A DNA stretch of 64,000 nucleotides from Longimicrobiales bacterium (GCA_965219445.1 CBDCNQ010000004.1:233023-297022); one strand, 5' to 3'; numbered from the stretch's first letter, positions 1 through 9,599 are shown. The notes: generated from the letters alone by a model not told the origin. A program made the numbers and translations.

Positions 1-2256
1 ATAGATCTCGCGCTTGGGGATCAGGCCACGGACCTGGGCCAGCTCCGACTCGCTCAGCCGGAACAGCGCCCCGACCGCGTCGGGCAGCTCCGGGTTCGCG
101 AGGAACAGCTTGGTCGGGATCGACTCGAGGAGCGCCGCAGCACCCGGCGTCGCCGTCACGTCCACGGCGGACTGCGTGGCCATGATCAGCGCGGCGTTCT
201 TCTTGCGCCACGTCTTCGCCGCTTCGGCCAGGTAGCTCAGCACGACGGGGTCCTGCAGGTAGCGCCACGCCTCGTCCACGACCATCAACTTCAGGCGCGC
301 CGCCTCGGCCGGGTCCTCAACCTCCAGGCGCATCCGCTCGAGCAGGTAGGAGAGCGCCGCGTCGCAGAGATCCGGATGCTCGACCGCACCCGCCAGATCG
401 ATCACCTGCCAGTCGGCGAACTCGAGATCCGGCGCTCCGACGGCCGGGTTATCGAAGTACGCGCCCCACGCGCCGCCTTCGATCCAACGGCTCCAGGCCG
501 GCCACGTCGCCGAGGGGAGGGAGCTGGCCAAGACACTCAGCGTGCGCCGCTCCGGCTCGAACGCGTAGAGGTCCTCGATCCGTGCCCGGATCTCGCTCGT
601 ATCCGCTCCGCTCGCTTCCCAACCGCCGAGCTTCAGCAACCGCAGCACCCAGCCCGTCAGGAACTGGAACGTCCGCGTGCCCGCCGGGAGCGCGAACGGC
701 TGCAGCCGGAGCGTCGGCTCCGCCTCGCCGGGCGACAGCTCGAGGTAGCGGCCCCCGAGGAACCGGGTCAGCCAGCGGTAGGAGCCGCCCAGGTCCAGGA
801 TCAGGACGCGCGGGTCGTACCTGAGCGCCTCGACCAGCAGGAAGTTCAGCGTGAAGCTCTTCCCCGAGCCGGTCGCGCCGAGCATCAGCGTGTGGCCCAC
901 GTCGCCGGCGAACAGATCGTAGTGGTACGCCGTACGCCACGGCGTCTCCAAGACCGCGAGCGACTCGCGACCCAAGTGCTTGCTCTTCGCCGTGCCCCGT
1001 GGCGGCCCGAACAGCGGCGCGAGGCTCGCCGCCACGCCGGCCGACACGAAGACCTTCCGCACCTGCCGCCCCCGGGGCTGGGCCGGCAGCCGGGAGAACC
1101 AGGCCGGCAGCTGGCCGTAGCCCTCCCGGATCACCTTCGCGTCGTGCGCGGCGAACAGCCGACGCAGGTCCCCGTCCAGCCGCTCGATGCTTCCCAGCTC
1201 GCCGTGGAGCGCCACGGTGAGCGTGGCCTCGCCGTAGCTCACCCCGTCCGCTTCGAGCTCGACCAGCGCCTCGCCCAGCCGGTCCGACTCGGTCGCCGCG
1301 GCCGAGTCGACCATCGCGGCGGCCGTGCCCTCGGTCTCCTGCACGTGCGCCATCATCGAGTAGCGCCTGGCGAAGTAGTGCCGCTGCGCACCACGGATCC
1401 GGCGCCGGGCCGCCTCCATCGCCCAGGGCCGCCACTCGAGCGACACGGTCATCACGGCATCGAGGCAGTAGAGATCCCGGAGCAGGTTCGCGTAGGCTTG
1501 GCCCGGTGGGGACAGGAGCGAGTACAGGATCACCGGCTCGCCGTCGAGCCGCAGGTGTCCTCGCTCCGCCTCGAGCTCCGAAAGCGCGAGCCGCCAGTTC
1601 ATACCGCTCCCCGTCGCGCCGTCCCACACCGTGCCCGGACGGTTGATGAGCTCGGAGAGAAACCGCGAGGCTTCGGCGGGCTCGAGCATCTCGATCGGCG
1701 TGTGCTCCCCTACGAGCGCACGGCCCGCGTCCACCGTCGCGCGGAAGCGGGCGGCGGCCGCCTCGATCTCGGACCGCAGGTAGGTGGGCGCGCCCCCTCG
1801 GCGGCGCTTCCACCACTGCATGAGCCGGGAGGCGCTTCCTGTTCTGGGCCCGTCTGCCACCGTGCGGAGACGGGGATCGTGCGACCATACCAGGTAGGCC
1901 TCGAGCTGCTGCACGCGGCCCGAGAGAAACGCACTCCGCTTCCGCTGGGAGACCGCTACGATGCCGGAACCGTCGGCGTCCTCCGCCTCGGGCACACTCG
2001 GCCGGCGCAGCAGATAGAAGTAGAGGCGTGTGTCGGAGTCCAACCCCGAGAGGAGCCGCTGCCAGCGGCCCAGCACGCGGTCGATCTGTTCGGGCGAACG
2101 CCCATCCACCACTGCGGGCGCCAGCTGGCCGGCCGCGATCAGCTCGCCCGTGCGGGTCAGGCAGGTGCGGCCGTCCTCGAGCCAACCCCAGTAGGGCAGC
2201 TCCTCGGCCAGCGAGCCGGCTGCCTCGTGGTCCCGGAGCTCCGCGGCGATCCTCAT
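1..2256 (-). CDS. trbE: Conjugal-transfer/type IV secretion ATPase TrbE/VirB4, partial (3' end beyond left edge)
   Basis: Own translation of the minus frame that runs to nt 1. It is absent from the ORF track because there is no stop in the window. Starts MRIAAELRDHEAAGSLAEELPYWGWLEDG. Has Walker A LGATGSGKSF, a KLMVVDEAWRYL box, and VirB4-like sequence throughout. ATGA start/stop overlap with trbD at 2253-2256. Confidence 0.9.
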   Translation of the reverse strand, partial: MRIAAELRDHEAAGSLAEELPYWGWLEDGRTCLTRTGELIAAGQLAPAVVDGRSPEQIDRVLGRWQRLLSGLDSDTRLYFYLLRRPSVPEAEDADGSGIVAVSQRKRSAFLSGRVQQLEAYLVWSHDPRLRTVADGPRTGSASRLMQWWKRRRGGAPTYLRSEIEAAAARFRATVDAGRALVGEHTPIEMLEPAEASRFLSELINRPGTVWDGATGSGMNWRLALSELEAERGHLRLDGEPVILYSLLSPPGQAYANLLRDLYCLDAVMTVSLEWRPWAMEAARRRIRGAQRHYFARRYSMMAHVQETEGTAAAMVDSAAATESDRLGEALVELEADGVSYGEATLTVALHGELGSIERLDGDLRRLFAAHDAKVIREGYGQLPAWFSRLPAQPRGRQVRKVFVSAGVAASLAPLFGPPRGTAKSKHLGRESLAVLETPWRTAYHYDLFAGDVGHTLMLGATGSGKSFTLNFLLVEALRYDPRVLILDLGGSYRWLTRFLGGRYLELSPGEAEPTLRLQPFALPAGTRTFQFLTGWVLRLLKLGGWEASGADTSEIRARIEDLYAFEPERRTLSVLASSLPSATWPAWSRWIEGGAWGAYFDNPAVGAPDLEFADWQVIDLAGAVEHPDLCDAALSYLLERMRLEVEDPAEAARLKLMVVDEAWRYLQDPVVLSYLAEAAKTWRKKNAALIMATQSAVDVTATPGAAALLESIPTKLFLANPELPDAVGALFRLSESELAQVRGLIPKREIY

Positions 2257-2555
2257 CGCCCGCTCCGGATCACGAGATGCCACGGCTCTTCGGCCCACTT
2301 GCCCGGGTCGAAGCGCGCCGGGTAGCGCGTCCCGGCCCGTAGCACGCCGAGCATGTCGGGGTCCTTGCGGCCGGCCAGCCATCCGGCCCCAAAGCCGACC
2401 GCGAACACCACGCCGCCCGTCACCAGCGAAGCCGTCGCGTTCCACATTGCGAGCCCGAGCGTCGCGACGAGGAGAAACCCCCTACGCTCCACACCCAGGA
2501 TCGTGAGCGGACGGTTCAGCGCCGCATAGCCGGCCCAGCGCCTCAGACCCCTCAT
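2253..2555 (-). CDS. trbD: Conjugal transfer protein TrbD/VirB3
   Basis: Last 100 aa of ORF 2253..2750, with the start moved to MRGLRRWAGYAALNRPLTILGVERRGFLLVATLGL. Small two-TM protein lying between the pilin and the VirB4 ATPase. TGATG overlap with the trbC stop and ATGA overlap with the trbE start. Confidence 0.8.
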   Translation of the reverse strand: MRGLRRWAGYAALNRPLTILGVERRGFLLVATLGLAMWNATASLVTGGVVFAVGFGAGWLAGRKDPDMLGVLRAGTRYPARFDPGKWAEEPWHLVIRSGR

Positions 2556-2842
2556 CAGAATAGCCACGCCAGGAAGTTCGCCGCGCCCATCGCCATCCCC
2601 AGCCCGAAGATGATCCCGGCCAGCGTCCGCTTGCTCCCGCCCTCGCCGAACGCGAACATCAGCCCGCCCACCACGATCGCGATCAGCGACAGCCCCCTCG
2701 CGATCGGACCCGTGAACTGCGCCTGCAGCTCGTTCACCGCCTCCACCCACGGGCTCGTCCCCTGCGCCAGCAGCACACTCGGCGTCAGCGCCAGCAGTGC
2801 GGCCCAGGCGGCCGCTTGCAGCGTTCTCGACAACGTTCTCAT
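2555..2842 (-). CDS. trbC: Conjugative pilin TrbC/VirB2
   Basis: ORF 2555..2917 trimmed to MRTLSRTLQAAAWAALLALTPSVLLAQ (signal peptide), followed by GPIARGLSLIAIVVGGLMFAFGEGG and a second hydrophobic helix. GGAGGAGAGAG Shine-Dalgarno just upstream of the ATG at 2842. Confidence 0.8.
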   Translation of the reverse strand: MRTLSRTLQAAAWAALLALTPSVLLAQGTSPWVEAVNELQAQFTGPIARGLSLIAIVVGGLMFAFGEGGSKRTLAGIIFGLGMAMGAANFLAWLF

Positions 2843-2861
2843 TCTCTCTCCTCCTTGGGGT

Positions 2862-3386
2862 TCAGTTGTGTTTTGCCGCCGAGGCGTCCCCGCCCCGGCC
2901 CTGCTCGATCCGCTCATCCATCCATTCCTCGACCTCCGACTCGATCCAGCGCACCGCGCGCTCGCTCAGCCGGACCGCCCGGGGGAAGCGCCCCTGTGCC
3001 GACCAGTCGTAGATCGTGGTCCGCGACAGGCCCGTCAGCGCCTCGACAGCCGAGATCCGCAGGAAACGGATCGGCGCATTCGTTCTCTGTTCGATCGGTT
3101 GTTCACTCATCGCTCTGCTGCTCCTCGTTCTCCTCGCCCCCGGCGAAGGCTTCCGGCGCCGGTGGCCTCGGGGCGGAGTCCGAGGGCCGCCCGAGTCCAG
3201 GTCGGAGTCCGCCACGAACGCCAGAACCCGGTCCGCCGTCCTCAGCGACAGCGAGCGTCCGCCGTCGATCTGGCGCATCAGGTTCGGGTCGCCCAGCGCC
3301 TTCAAGCCGAACGTCGTCGGACTCACGCCCGTGCTGCCCAGAAACGCGTTCAGCCGTGTGTTGAATTGCTCCTCCAGGGTCTGCAT
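2862..3386 (-). CDS. alpA: AlpA-family HTH regulator, apparently fused to a second small HTH-like module
   Basis: The C-terminal 82 aa (from MSEQP, nt 3110) read IRFLRISAVEALTGLSRTTIYDWSAQGRFPRAVRLSERAVRWIESEVEEWM, an AlpA/excisionase-type HTH. The N-terminal 60 aa read MQTLEEQFNTRLNAFLGSTGVSPTTFGLKALGDPNLMRQIDGGRSLSLRTADRVLAFV. The two are joined by an Arg/Pro-rich linker with no stop between them. Confidence 0.75.
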   Translation of the reverse strand: MQTLEEQFNTRLNAFLGSTGVSPTTFGLKALGDPNLMRQIDGGRSLSLRTADRVLAFVADSDLDSGGPRTPPRGHRRRKPSPGARRTRSSRAMSEQPIEQRTNAPIRFLRISAVEALTGLSRTTIYDWSAQGRFPRAVRLSERAVRWIESEVEEWMDERIEQGRGGDASAAKHN

Positions 3387-3449
3387 GAGAGCCGTTCCAA
3401 CCGTGTCATGGCCCGTAACGTTGAAGGGGCCTTTGCCAGGAAGTCAACT

Positions 3450-3467
3450 CTTAGGAAATCTCCTAAG
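3450..3467. promoter_or_regulatory. Inverted repeat CTTAGGA-AATC-TCCTAAG in a divergent promoter region
   Basis: Perfect 7-bp arms read directly in the intergenic space between the alpA-like gene (start 3386, minus) and abiEi (start 3788, plus). Candidate operator. Confidence 0.3.
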
Positions 3468-3787
3468 TGTCCGTGGTGCACGTAGTTATCCGACGTTGTC
3501 CGGGAGGCTCTGGAGGCCGCCGCCAGTGGCATGGCAGACACAGCCTCCGCAGCGCTCGCCAGAGGTTCCCGTCAAGGGTCTTAGGGCTCGACCGGAAGGT
3601 CGGCCCGGGCACGGCCGACTTGGCGTCGCCCACACGGAAGTGACAGGTTTCACATGCCGGGGCGCGCGGCGGTCGCCGAGCGGCGTGCCGTGCCTGCCGC
3701 GGCAACGGATCAAGGGCTTCGAGAGTCGCTCCGAACAGGACGACTGTTATATTTGTGGTTCGATTTGTGACGCGGAGAGAGAAAGCC

Positions 3788-4363
3788 ATGAAGAGCCTGC
3801 CCGAGCGCATCATGGAGCACGCCGAGGCCACGCCGATCTGCCCGGCGGCCCTGCTTCACCTCGGCCAAAGGGCCGCGGTGGGTCAGGCGCTCTCTCGCCT
3901 GGCCCGTTCAGGCCGGCTCATGCGGATCCGCCAAGGGGTCTACATGCGCCCGATCGAGACCCGCTTGGGGCGGTGTGCGCCGGGCACCGAGAAGTCACTC
4001 CTGGCGCTCTCGGAGCTCTGGGGCGAGACGATCGTCCCGAACGGAGGCGGCGCGGCCAACTGGCTTGGTTTGACGACGCAGAATCCCGTCCGCTCGGTCT
4101 ATCTCACCTCCGGCCGCAGTCGGCGATTGCGCTTCGGCAAGCATCCCGTCGAGCTGCGCCACGCTCCGCGCTGGCAACTGGCGGCTCCGCACAGGATGGC
4201 GGGAGTGGTGATCCGTGCCCTGGCATGGTCGGCCCCGAAGAGGTCGAAGACAGCCTCGACGCGATCCTGCCCAAGCTCTCGGAGGAAGACCTCGAGGAGC
4301 TTGCGGTCGCGCGGGGCGTCATGCCGGTGTGGATGGCGGAGCCGCTGACCACGCGTCTGGCGC
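3788..4363 (+). pseudogene. abiEi: AbiEi-type (DUF6088-like) type IV antitoxin, frameshifted
   Basis: MKSLPERIMEHAEATPICPAALLHLGQRAAVGQALSRLARSGRLMRIRQGVYMRP...VIRALAW, then a frame change near 4228 to GPEEVEDSLDAILPKLSEEDLEELAVARGVMPVWMAEPLTTRLAHG. No stop in the second frame before the abiEii start. RBS GGAGAGAG lies before the ATG at 3788. Confidence 0.7.
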
Positions 4364-4711
4364 ATGGCTGGAGCACTGTTTCAGCGCCTGGCGGCCGAAG
4401 AGCGCCGTCATGCCTTGCGTGCCGCTCAAGCCGAATGCCCGCACCTGGCGTTCGTGCTCGAGAAAGACATCTGGGTGGTCGCAACCCTCGGCGTCCTGTT
4501 CGACGCCCCGTTCGGCCATCAGTTGGTGTTCAAGGGCGGCACCTCCTTGTCCAAGGTGTGGCGCGCGATCCGGCGGTTCTCGGACGTCATCGACATCACC
4601 TACGACATCCGCGGCTTCGCACCGGATCTGGTTGCCGGTGCCGGCGACGAGGCGCTGCCGCTCACGCGCAGTCAGGAGAGGCGCTGGACAAAGGCGGGCG
4701 GCCGCGACTAG
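4364..4711 (+). pseudogene. abiEii: AbiEii/AbiGii nucleotidyltransferase toxin, 3'-truncated (115 aa)
   Basis: ORF 4364..4711 contains EKDIWVVATLGVLFDAPFGHQLVFKGGTSLSKVWRAIRRFSDVIDITYD, the AbiEii N-terminal NTase motif. The ORF ends after about one third of the length I recall for this family. Confidence 0.75.
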
Positions 4712-4885
4712 AAGCTGACACCACAGAGGAGCCATGAGATGTGTCGACCGCAGGATCGAACCGGGCCTGCGGCCGGCCGCGCGACAAAGCCGCGCTGGGC
4801 CACCGCATGCGGGACGGCCATCGCCCGGAGTACGACGCTCGCAAGGACACCCGGCGCGCCGGGGACACTACTCGTCCGCCGGCGC

Positions 4886-7699
4886 CTACCAGCCCACCGT
4901 GAGTCGGCCCACCAGGCTGTGGTCCGGCTTGTCCTGAAGCAGACTTTCGCGGCGCTGGGCGTCGAGGCCGAACTGGAAGCTCATGGCGCCACCCTGCACG
5001 ACAGCCAGGCTGTAGCCCAGCCGGTAGCCGCGCCCGTACTCGGAAGTCGTGACGCCGAACCTCGGGGTCCCCACCAGCCGACTCCCGACCGGCAGCGCAT
5101 AGCCGAGCTCGGCGTCGATGCGGTCACCCGATCCCGGGCCTCCTGCCCCGAGCCCCTCCATCGTATCGCGGCCCCAGAGCGCGTCGGTACCGCTCATCGC
5201 CTGGCCGCCCCACGAGGGCGCGACCCGCGCTGTAAAGCCCAGCGGCGTCTGTGGCGTCGGATCGTAGCTGAACGACACCGACACGCCCCGTTCCCTGAAC
5301 CCTTCGTCCTGGTGTACGAGCAGCGTCCGCACCCGCACGTCGACCGACAGTCCGGTCAGCGGGTCCGATGCGATCAGGCTTGCGGCGACGTCCGCGCCCG
5401 CGCCCGTCTCGGCGTCCCCGCCGTCCTGCCTGAGCCCGAGCTCGAGGCTCGGCCGGAGCGCGATGCCGTGCCCGAACACGTAGCCTCTCGAGGCCTCGAG
5501 CGCTGTCCGCACACGCGTCACCACCGCCTCGGTGCCAGCCAGTCGGCCTGCCGGACCCTCCACTGCCTCGCTACCCGTGCCCACCCACAGCGCGTCCGCC
5601 TTGAACGCCAGCCCGAACCCGCCGATACCGGCATCCACCAGATCGCCCCTCACGCCTCCGGCCAGCATCGACATCGAGAGCCCGCCCTCGAGAGCGACGG
5701 GAGCCGCGAGAGACGTTGGTAGAGACACTGCCTCGCCCGGCGTCAAGCTCAGCGAGCCCCTCCCGTAGCCGGTCACGCCCCAGAGCGTGACCCGCTCCGT
5801 CAGCTTGTATCCCACCCAGGGGTGGAGCCCCGTGACCGACGACGCCACCTGGCCGATATCGGCTCCCTGGTAGCCGCCCAGGCCTCGGCGGTGCGAGAGC
5901 ATCAGCCCGGCCATCAGCGGCCCCTTCGCGTAGTCGGCGCCGAACATCGTCGTGCGGACCCCGCCATCGAGCGACAGCTCGCCGTCCTGGCCGCTGAACC
6001 GCGACTCCATCCCGCGGCTCCAGAGCGACACGCTCGCGCCCCCGCCCGTCTCGCGGTTCAGCACGAACCCCGAGCCCATCAGCAGGTCGCCGCCTCCGAG
6101 ACCCGTCCGCAAGAGCTCGGAGCCGCTCAGATCGGACTGGACGCCCATCGTATCCCGAGCGCCCGCGCCCGCCGTGGACTGAAGCCGGCTCAGGAAGTTC
6201 CGGCCCATATCGCGCTCCATCCCACGCCTGAGCTCACGGCCCGCGACCCGGCCCCGGAAGCCCGAGGCTCTGGACGCCTCCAGCCGCTCCTCGACCTGCT
6301 CCATCACGTGAAGCGCCGTCGCCCGCCCGAACCGCGCCAGGAGAGCGCGCGGGAGCGGATCGGTGTTCTCGATCGTCCCCGTCGCTTCCGCGTCGGCCAG
6401 CCGGCCCTCCGACGGATTCGAGAGCCGGAGCGTCATCGTCTCCTCGCCCTCGTCGTGCGAATCGTCGAGCACCGCGACCTCGACCGTCTTCGACGACTCG
6501 CCCGTCTGGAACGTGAGCGTCCCGTCCGCCGCCGTGTAGTCCGTCCCCGCCGATGCCGTACCGTTCACCGTCTGGTAGTCCACCGTCACCTGCCCGGCAG
6601 CCGCCCGGCTCAAGGTGACCGCGAAGGCCAGCGGCGCCCCGCCGTTTTCGTCCACCCGCGCGTCGGCGACCGATATCCCCACCGGACTGGCGATGGTCTC
6701 CGACAGCGAATGCGACAGGGGCCTGCCGTCCTCGGTGCAGATCGCGTCGACCGCGTCGCAGTCGGTCGTAGCCGGCAGGTCGATGCGGATCTCGCCGGTG
6801 GTCTCTGGCTGCACATGGATCTCCCGCAGGTCGTTGCGGCCGTCCACCCGGCGTGCCTTCTTCACGTCACCGCCCGTCACCGTGAACGCGCGATCCCGGA
6901 GCACCTCGTAGCTCACCGCCGGATCCTCGCTGAAACGCAGCCGGAAGGTGAACACTGTCGACCCGTCGTGCTCCGACGGCACGTCCTCGAAGCTCGCCGT
7001 CAGCGGCGTCTCGGTGTTCTGGATCGTGCCGGTCGCCTCGGCATCGTCGAGATCGGCGCCGGAGGCGCCGCTGAGGGTGAGCGTGAGGATCTCGCCGCCG
7101 TCTTCCACCGCGTCGTCCGTGATCGGCACCGAGACCGTCTTCGACGTCTCGCCCGGCTGGAAGGTCAGCGTGCCGCTCGTGGCGGTGTAGTCCGAGCCCG
7201 CCGTCGCGGTGCCGTCCGCTGTGGCATAGTCCACCGTCACGGCCGCGGTCGCGGCCGGGTCGAGCGTCACGACGAAGTCGAGCGCAGCGTCCTCTTCCTC
7301 GGTCGCCTCCGCGTCGGCCACCGACAGGCCGCTCGGCGGGTCCGGCGCCGTGTCGTCGGCGTCGTCCGTGTCGTCGGCGGCGGCCTCGGGACCCGGCGGC
7401 CCGGCGACCGTCGCAGACGGGCTGTTGCTCAGCGGCCTCGGGTCGTCCCCGCGCGTGCACACGGCCCCGGCCGTGCCGCAGGCACTGCCGCCGGGAAGCG
7501 AGATCGTCACCGCCTCGCGCGAATCGGGCTCGACCGTGATCTCCCACAGATCGTGGCGGCCATCGACCCGCCGCGCCCCCGTGACGTCACCGTCCGTCAC
7601 CGAGAAGGACTCGTCGCGGAGGGCCTTGTAGCTGATCCCAACGTCCTCGCTGAACTCGACCCGGACGTTGAAGGCGCTCTGGCCGTCGTGCTCCGCCGG
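4886..7699 (-). CDS. Giant Calx-beta autotransporter, exon 2 (C-terminal passenger modules plus autotransporter beta-barrel)
   Basis: ORF 4886..7816. From PAEHDGQSAF onward it has repeated modules, Calx-beta-like segments (VTVDYATADGTATAGSDYTATSGTLTFQPGETSKTVSVPITDD) and a C-terminal beta-barrel ending RLTVGW. The first 39 codons of the ORF are intron sequence. Confidence 0.85.
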   Translation of the reverse strand, partial: PAEHDGQSAFNVRVEFSEDVGISYKALRDESFSVTDGDVTGARRVDGRHDLWEITVEPDSREAVTISLPGGSACGTAGAVCTRGDDPRPLSNSPSATVAGPPGPEAAADDTDDADDTAPDPPSGLSVADAEATEEEDAALDFVVTLDPAATAAVTVDYATADGTATAGSDYTATSGTLTFQPGETSKTVSVPITDDAVEDGGEILTLTLSGASGADLDDAEATGTIQNTETPLTASFEDVPSEHDGSTVFTFRLRFSEDPAVSYEVLRDRAFTVTGGDVKKARRVDGRNDLREIHVQPETTGEIRIDLPATTDCDAVDAICTEDGRPLSHSLSETIASPVGISVADARVDENGGAPLAFAVTLSRAAAGQVTVDYQTVNGTASAGTDYTAADGTLTFQTGESSKTVEVAVLDDSHDEGEETMTLRLSNPSEGRLADAEATGTIENTDPLPRALLARFGRATALHVMEQVEERLEASRASGFRGRVAGRELRRGMERDMGRNFLSRLQSTAGAGARDTMGVQSDLSGSELLRTGLGGGDLLMGSGFVLNRETGGGASVSLWSRGMESRFSGQDGELSLDGGVRTTMFGADYAKGPLMAGLMLSHRRGLGGYQGADIGQVASSVTGLHPWVGYKLTERVTLWGVTGYGRGSLSLTPGEAVSLPTSLAAPVALEGGLSMSMLAGGVRGDLVDAGIGGFGLAFKADALWVGTGSEAVEGPAGRLAGTEAVVTRVRTALEASRGYVFGHGIALRPSLELGLRQDGGDAETGAGADVAASLIASDPLTGLSVDVRVRTLLVHQDEGFRERGVSVSFSYDPTPQTPLGFTARVAPSWGGQAMSGTDALWGRDTMEGLGAGGPGSGDRIDAELGYALPVGSRLVGTPRFGVTTSEYGRGYRLGYSLAVVQGGAMSFQFGLDAQRRESLLQDKPDHSLVGRLTVGW

Positions 7700-9599
7700 A
7701 TCGGGATAGGGGAGGACCGGCGTTCCCGGTCCTTCCCCTCCCACACCACCAGGCATGCGGGTCCGCACCTGGCGGTTCGGTGAGTTGAGGTCAGTACGGC
7801 GTGAGCCGGGGCACACCCAGCTCGTCGAAGTACGCCCCTGGCAAGGCCGTGTGCAGGGCGTGGTGCGCGGCCACGTGCCACCAGCTTCGCGCGAACCGAG
7901 CAGCTCGCCAGGCGAGGTTCTCGCTCACACCGCGAGCCCTCAACTCCCGGTACGCTGTCCTTCCCCGTTTCCACTGGCGTAATTGCAACGTACGCAGCCG
8001 GCGGTGGATCCATTGGTCCAGGTCTCGGAAAACCCCCGGTGTATCCGCTAAGCCGAAGTATGCCTTCCACCCCAGCACGTAGCGCCGTAGCTCTTCTGCC
8101 ACCTGTTGCAGGCTCCGCCCGCCACTCCGGCTTGTAATCTGCCGGACTCGCTCCTTGAACTTCGTCAGGGCCTTCTTGCTGACCCGGCGCTTCACGACCT
8201 TCCCTGCCGCTACCCAGAAGCTGTAGCCCAGGAACTGTCGATCCCACACTCGCGCCACCGCGCTCTTTTCCTCGTTGACCTGAAGCCGAAGTTTCCCGTA
8301 CAAGTGCCTCAGCGCCTGCATCACACGTTGTCCTGCCCGCCTCGACCGCACGTATACATTGCAGTCATCGGCGTACCGGACAAACGCGTGTCCGCGTAGC
8401 TCCAACTCCTTGTCCACTTCGTCCAGGAGCACGTTCGCCAGCAACGGCGACAACGGTCCGCCCTGAGGCGTCCCCATGTGCCGCTCCATCACCACCCCGT
8501 TCGCCATGACTCCGGCTTCCAGGTAGCGACGGAGGATCCGCAGCATCGCCTTATCCTCGATCCGCTTTGCCAGCCGCCCCATCAGCACGTCGTGGTTCAC
8601 CCGGTCGAAAAACTTCTCCAGGTCCACATCCACCACCCATCGTCTCCCTTCCTGGATGTATTGCTGCGCTTCGCGCACCGCATCGTGTGCTCGGCGCCCA
8701 GGCCGGAAGCCGTGGCTGTGCCGACTGAACGTCGGGTCGAACCTCGGTTGCAGCACCTGCAGGATGGCTTGTTGGATGAACCGGTCCAGCACGGTCGGAA
8801 TCCCCAACTCCCGGACCCCTCCCCCACTCTTCGGTATCTCCTGCCTTCGTACCGGCTTCGGTTGGTAGGTCCCCGCCAGCAACCGCTGTCGGATCTCCCC
8901 CCAGTGCCTGCGCAAGTACTCTGGCAGCTCCTCCACGTTCATCCCGTCGATGCCCGGACTGCCCTTATTCTGCCGCACGCGTTTCAACGCTCCTACGAGG
9001 TTGGCACGCCCGACCACCTCCTGCATCAGGAGATGCTCGCTTCCTGAGCGCTCGTCTCCATGGGCCACCGTTCCGGCTTCGCCACTCCCCTCTACCTTCG
9101 GGGCTTCACCCCTATCCTCCAGTGGGAGCCCCAGTTGCCTGGACTCCTGGCGCATGGCCTTGCCGAGGTCCACGGTCGTCACGCTCTCCTCTCCGTTCGG
9201 CCCTTCGTCCGACAAAGCTGGGTCCAAGCGCATCATGCACTTCGTCGGCCTACTATGGCCTCTGCTGACTTCTCGCTCCGCCGGCAGGCCCAACAGCGCA
9301 GTGCCGGCGTCACCCTTTCAGGCGTCAGGCGAGACCTCCCCGGGTAAGAACGATGACCTTCCCCGCACAATCGCCGGATCTACGCCGCTTCCCCTTGGTC
9401 GCAGGAGCTTCGCGGTCAGTGGTCCGCTCGCCCCGGTCCGCAGCGCCTCGTATCCGGTTCCTGTTCGTCGACTCACGGGTTCGTTTCACGCTTCGTTCAG
9501 CGTACGCCTCACGACGAACGCCTTGCGCTTCCCTTCGGTCCCTGCGACCAGGTTCCGGGAGGACTTTCACCTCCAAGTCATCGCCCATGCCGGGCCCAC
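7700..9599 (-). mobile_element. Group II intron (1900 nt) with RT/maturase ORF, sense-oriented inside the autotransporter gene
   Basis: The 5' end reads GTGGGCCCGGCATGGGCGATGACTTGGAGGTGAAAGTCC at 9599. A domain V-like hairpin with a 2-nt 3' bulge spans 7745-7776. A domain VI-like hairpin spans 7700-7742, has an unpaired A at 7707, and ends in ...GAT. The RT ORF lies in between. Confidence 0.85.
7791..9293 (-). CDS. Group II intron reverse transcriptase/maturase (no endonuclease domain seen)
   Basis: ORF 7791..9293 contains RVRQNKGSPGIDG, RRQEIPKSGGGVRELGIPTVLDRFIQQA, MGTPQGGPLSPLLANVLLDE, FVRYADDCNVYV (YADD) and a maturase X region (RYVLGWKAYFGLAD). The likely true start is M47 (nt 9155) or M20/M21. 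Confidence 0.9.
   Translation of the reverse strand: MGLPAEREVSRGHSRPTKCMMRLDPALSDEGPNGEESVTTVDLGKAMRQESRQLGLPLEDRGEAPKVEGSGEAGTVAHGDERSGSEHLLMQEVVGRANLVGALKRVRQNKGSPGIDGMNVEELPEYLRRHWGEIRQRLLAGTYQPKPVRRQEIPKSGGGVRELGIPTVLDRFIQQAILQVLQPRFDPTFSRHSHGFRPGRRAHDAVREAQQYIQEGRRWVVDVDLEKFFDRVNHDVLMGRLAKRIEDKAMLRILRRYLEAGVMANGVVMERHMGTPQGGPLSPLLANVLLDEVDKELELRGHAFVRYADDCNVYVRSRRAGQRVMQALRHLYGKLRLQVNEEKSAVARVWDRQFLGYSFWVAAGKVVKRRVSKKALTKFKERVRQITSRSGGRSLQQVAEELRRYVLGWKAYFGLADTPGVFRDLDQWIHRRLRTLQLRQWKRGRTAYRELRARGVSENLAWRAARFARSWWHVAAHHALHTALPGAYFDELGVPRLTPY

Noticed and set aside
376-2325. Long ORFs 376..2325(+) and 449..2185(-), plus several 70-100-aa ORFs over the same DNA.
   Set aside because: They have Arg/Pro/Gly/Ala-rich, motif-less translations typical of off-frame reading in high-GC DNA. 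They fully overlap the minus frame that encodes a clean TrbE/VirB4 sequence.
3016-4737. 573-aa ORF on the plus strand spanning alpA antisense through abiEii.
   Set aside because: It is a composite artefact. Only residues ~405-450 (GPEEVEDSLDAILPKLSEEDL...) are real coding sequence, namely the second frame of the frameshifted abiEi. The rest is low-complexity.
4735-4860. tRNA-like sequence (GGTTCGATCC and a GCGCG...CGCGC stem) between abiEii and the autotransporter stop.
   Set aside because: The T stem would need a 4-5-nt deletion to pair (GCAGG-cccggttcgat-CCTGC). No acceptor pairing was found, and the candidate anticodon loop lacks U33 or a purine at position 37. At best it is a heavily degraded remnant.
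5822-7783. 653-aa plus-strand ORF and other long ORFs antisense to the autotransporter (also 9822..11879 and 10378..11673).
   Set aside because: These are antisense or off-frame products of GC-rich repeats (Arg-rich, no motifs). The minus-strand frames carry recognisable Calx-beta, FN3 and beta-barrel sequence.
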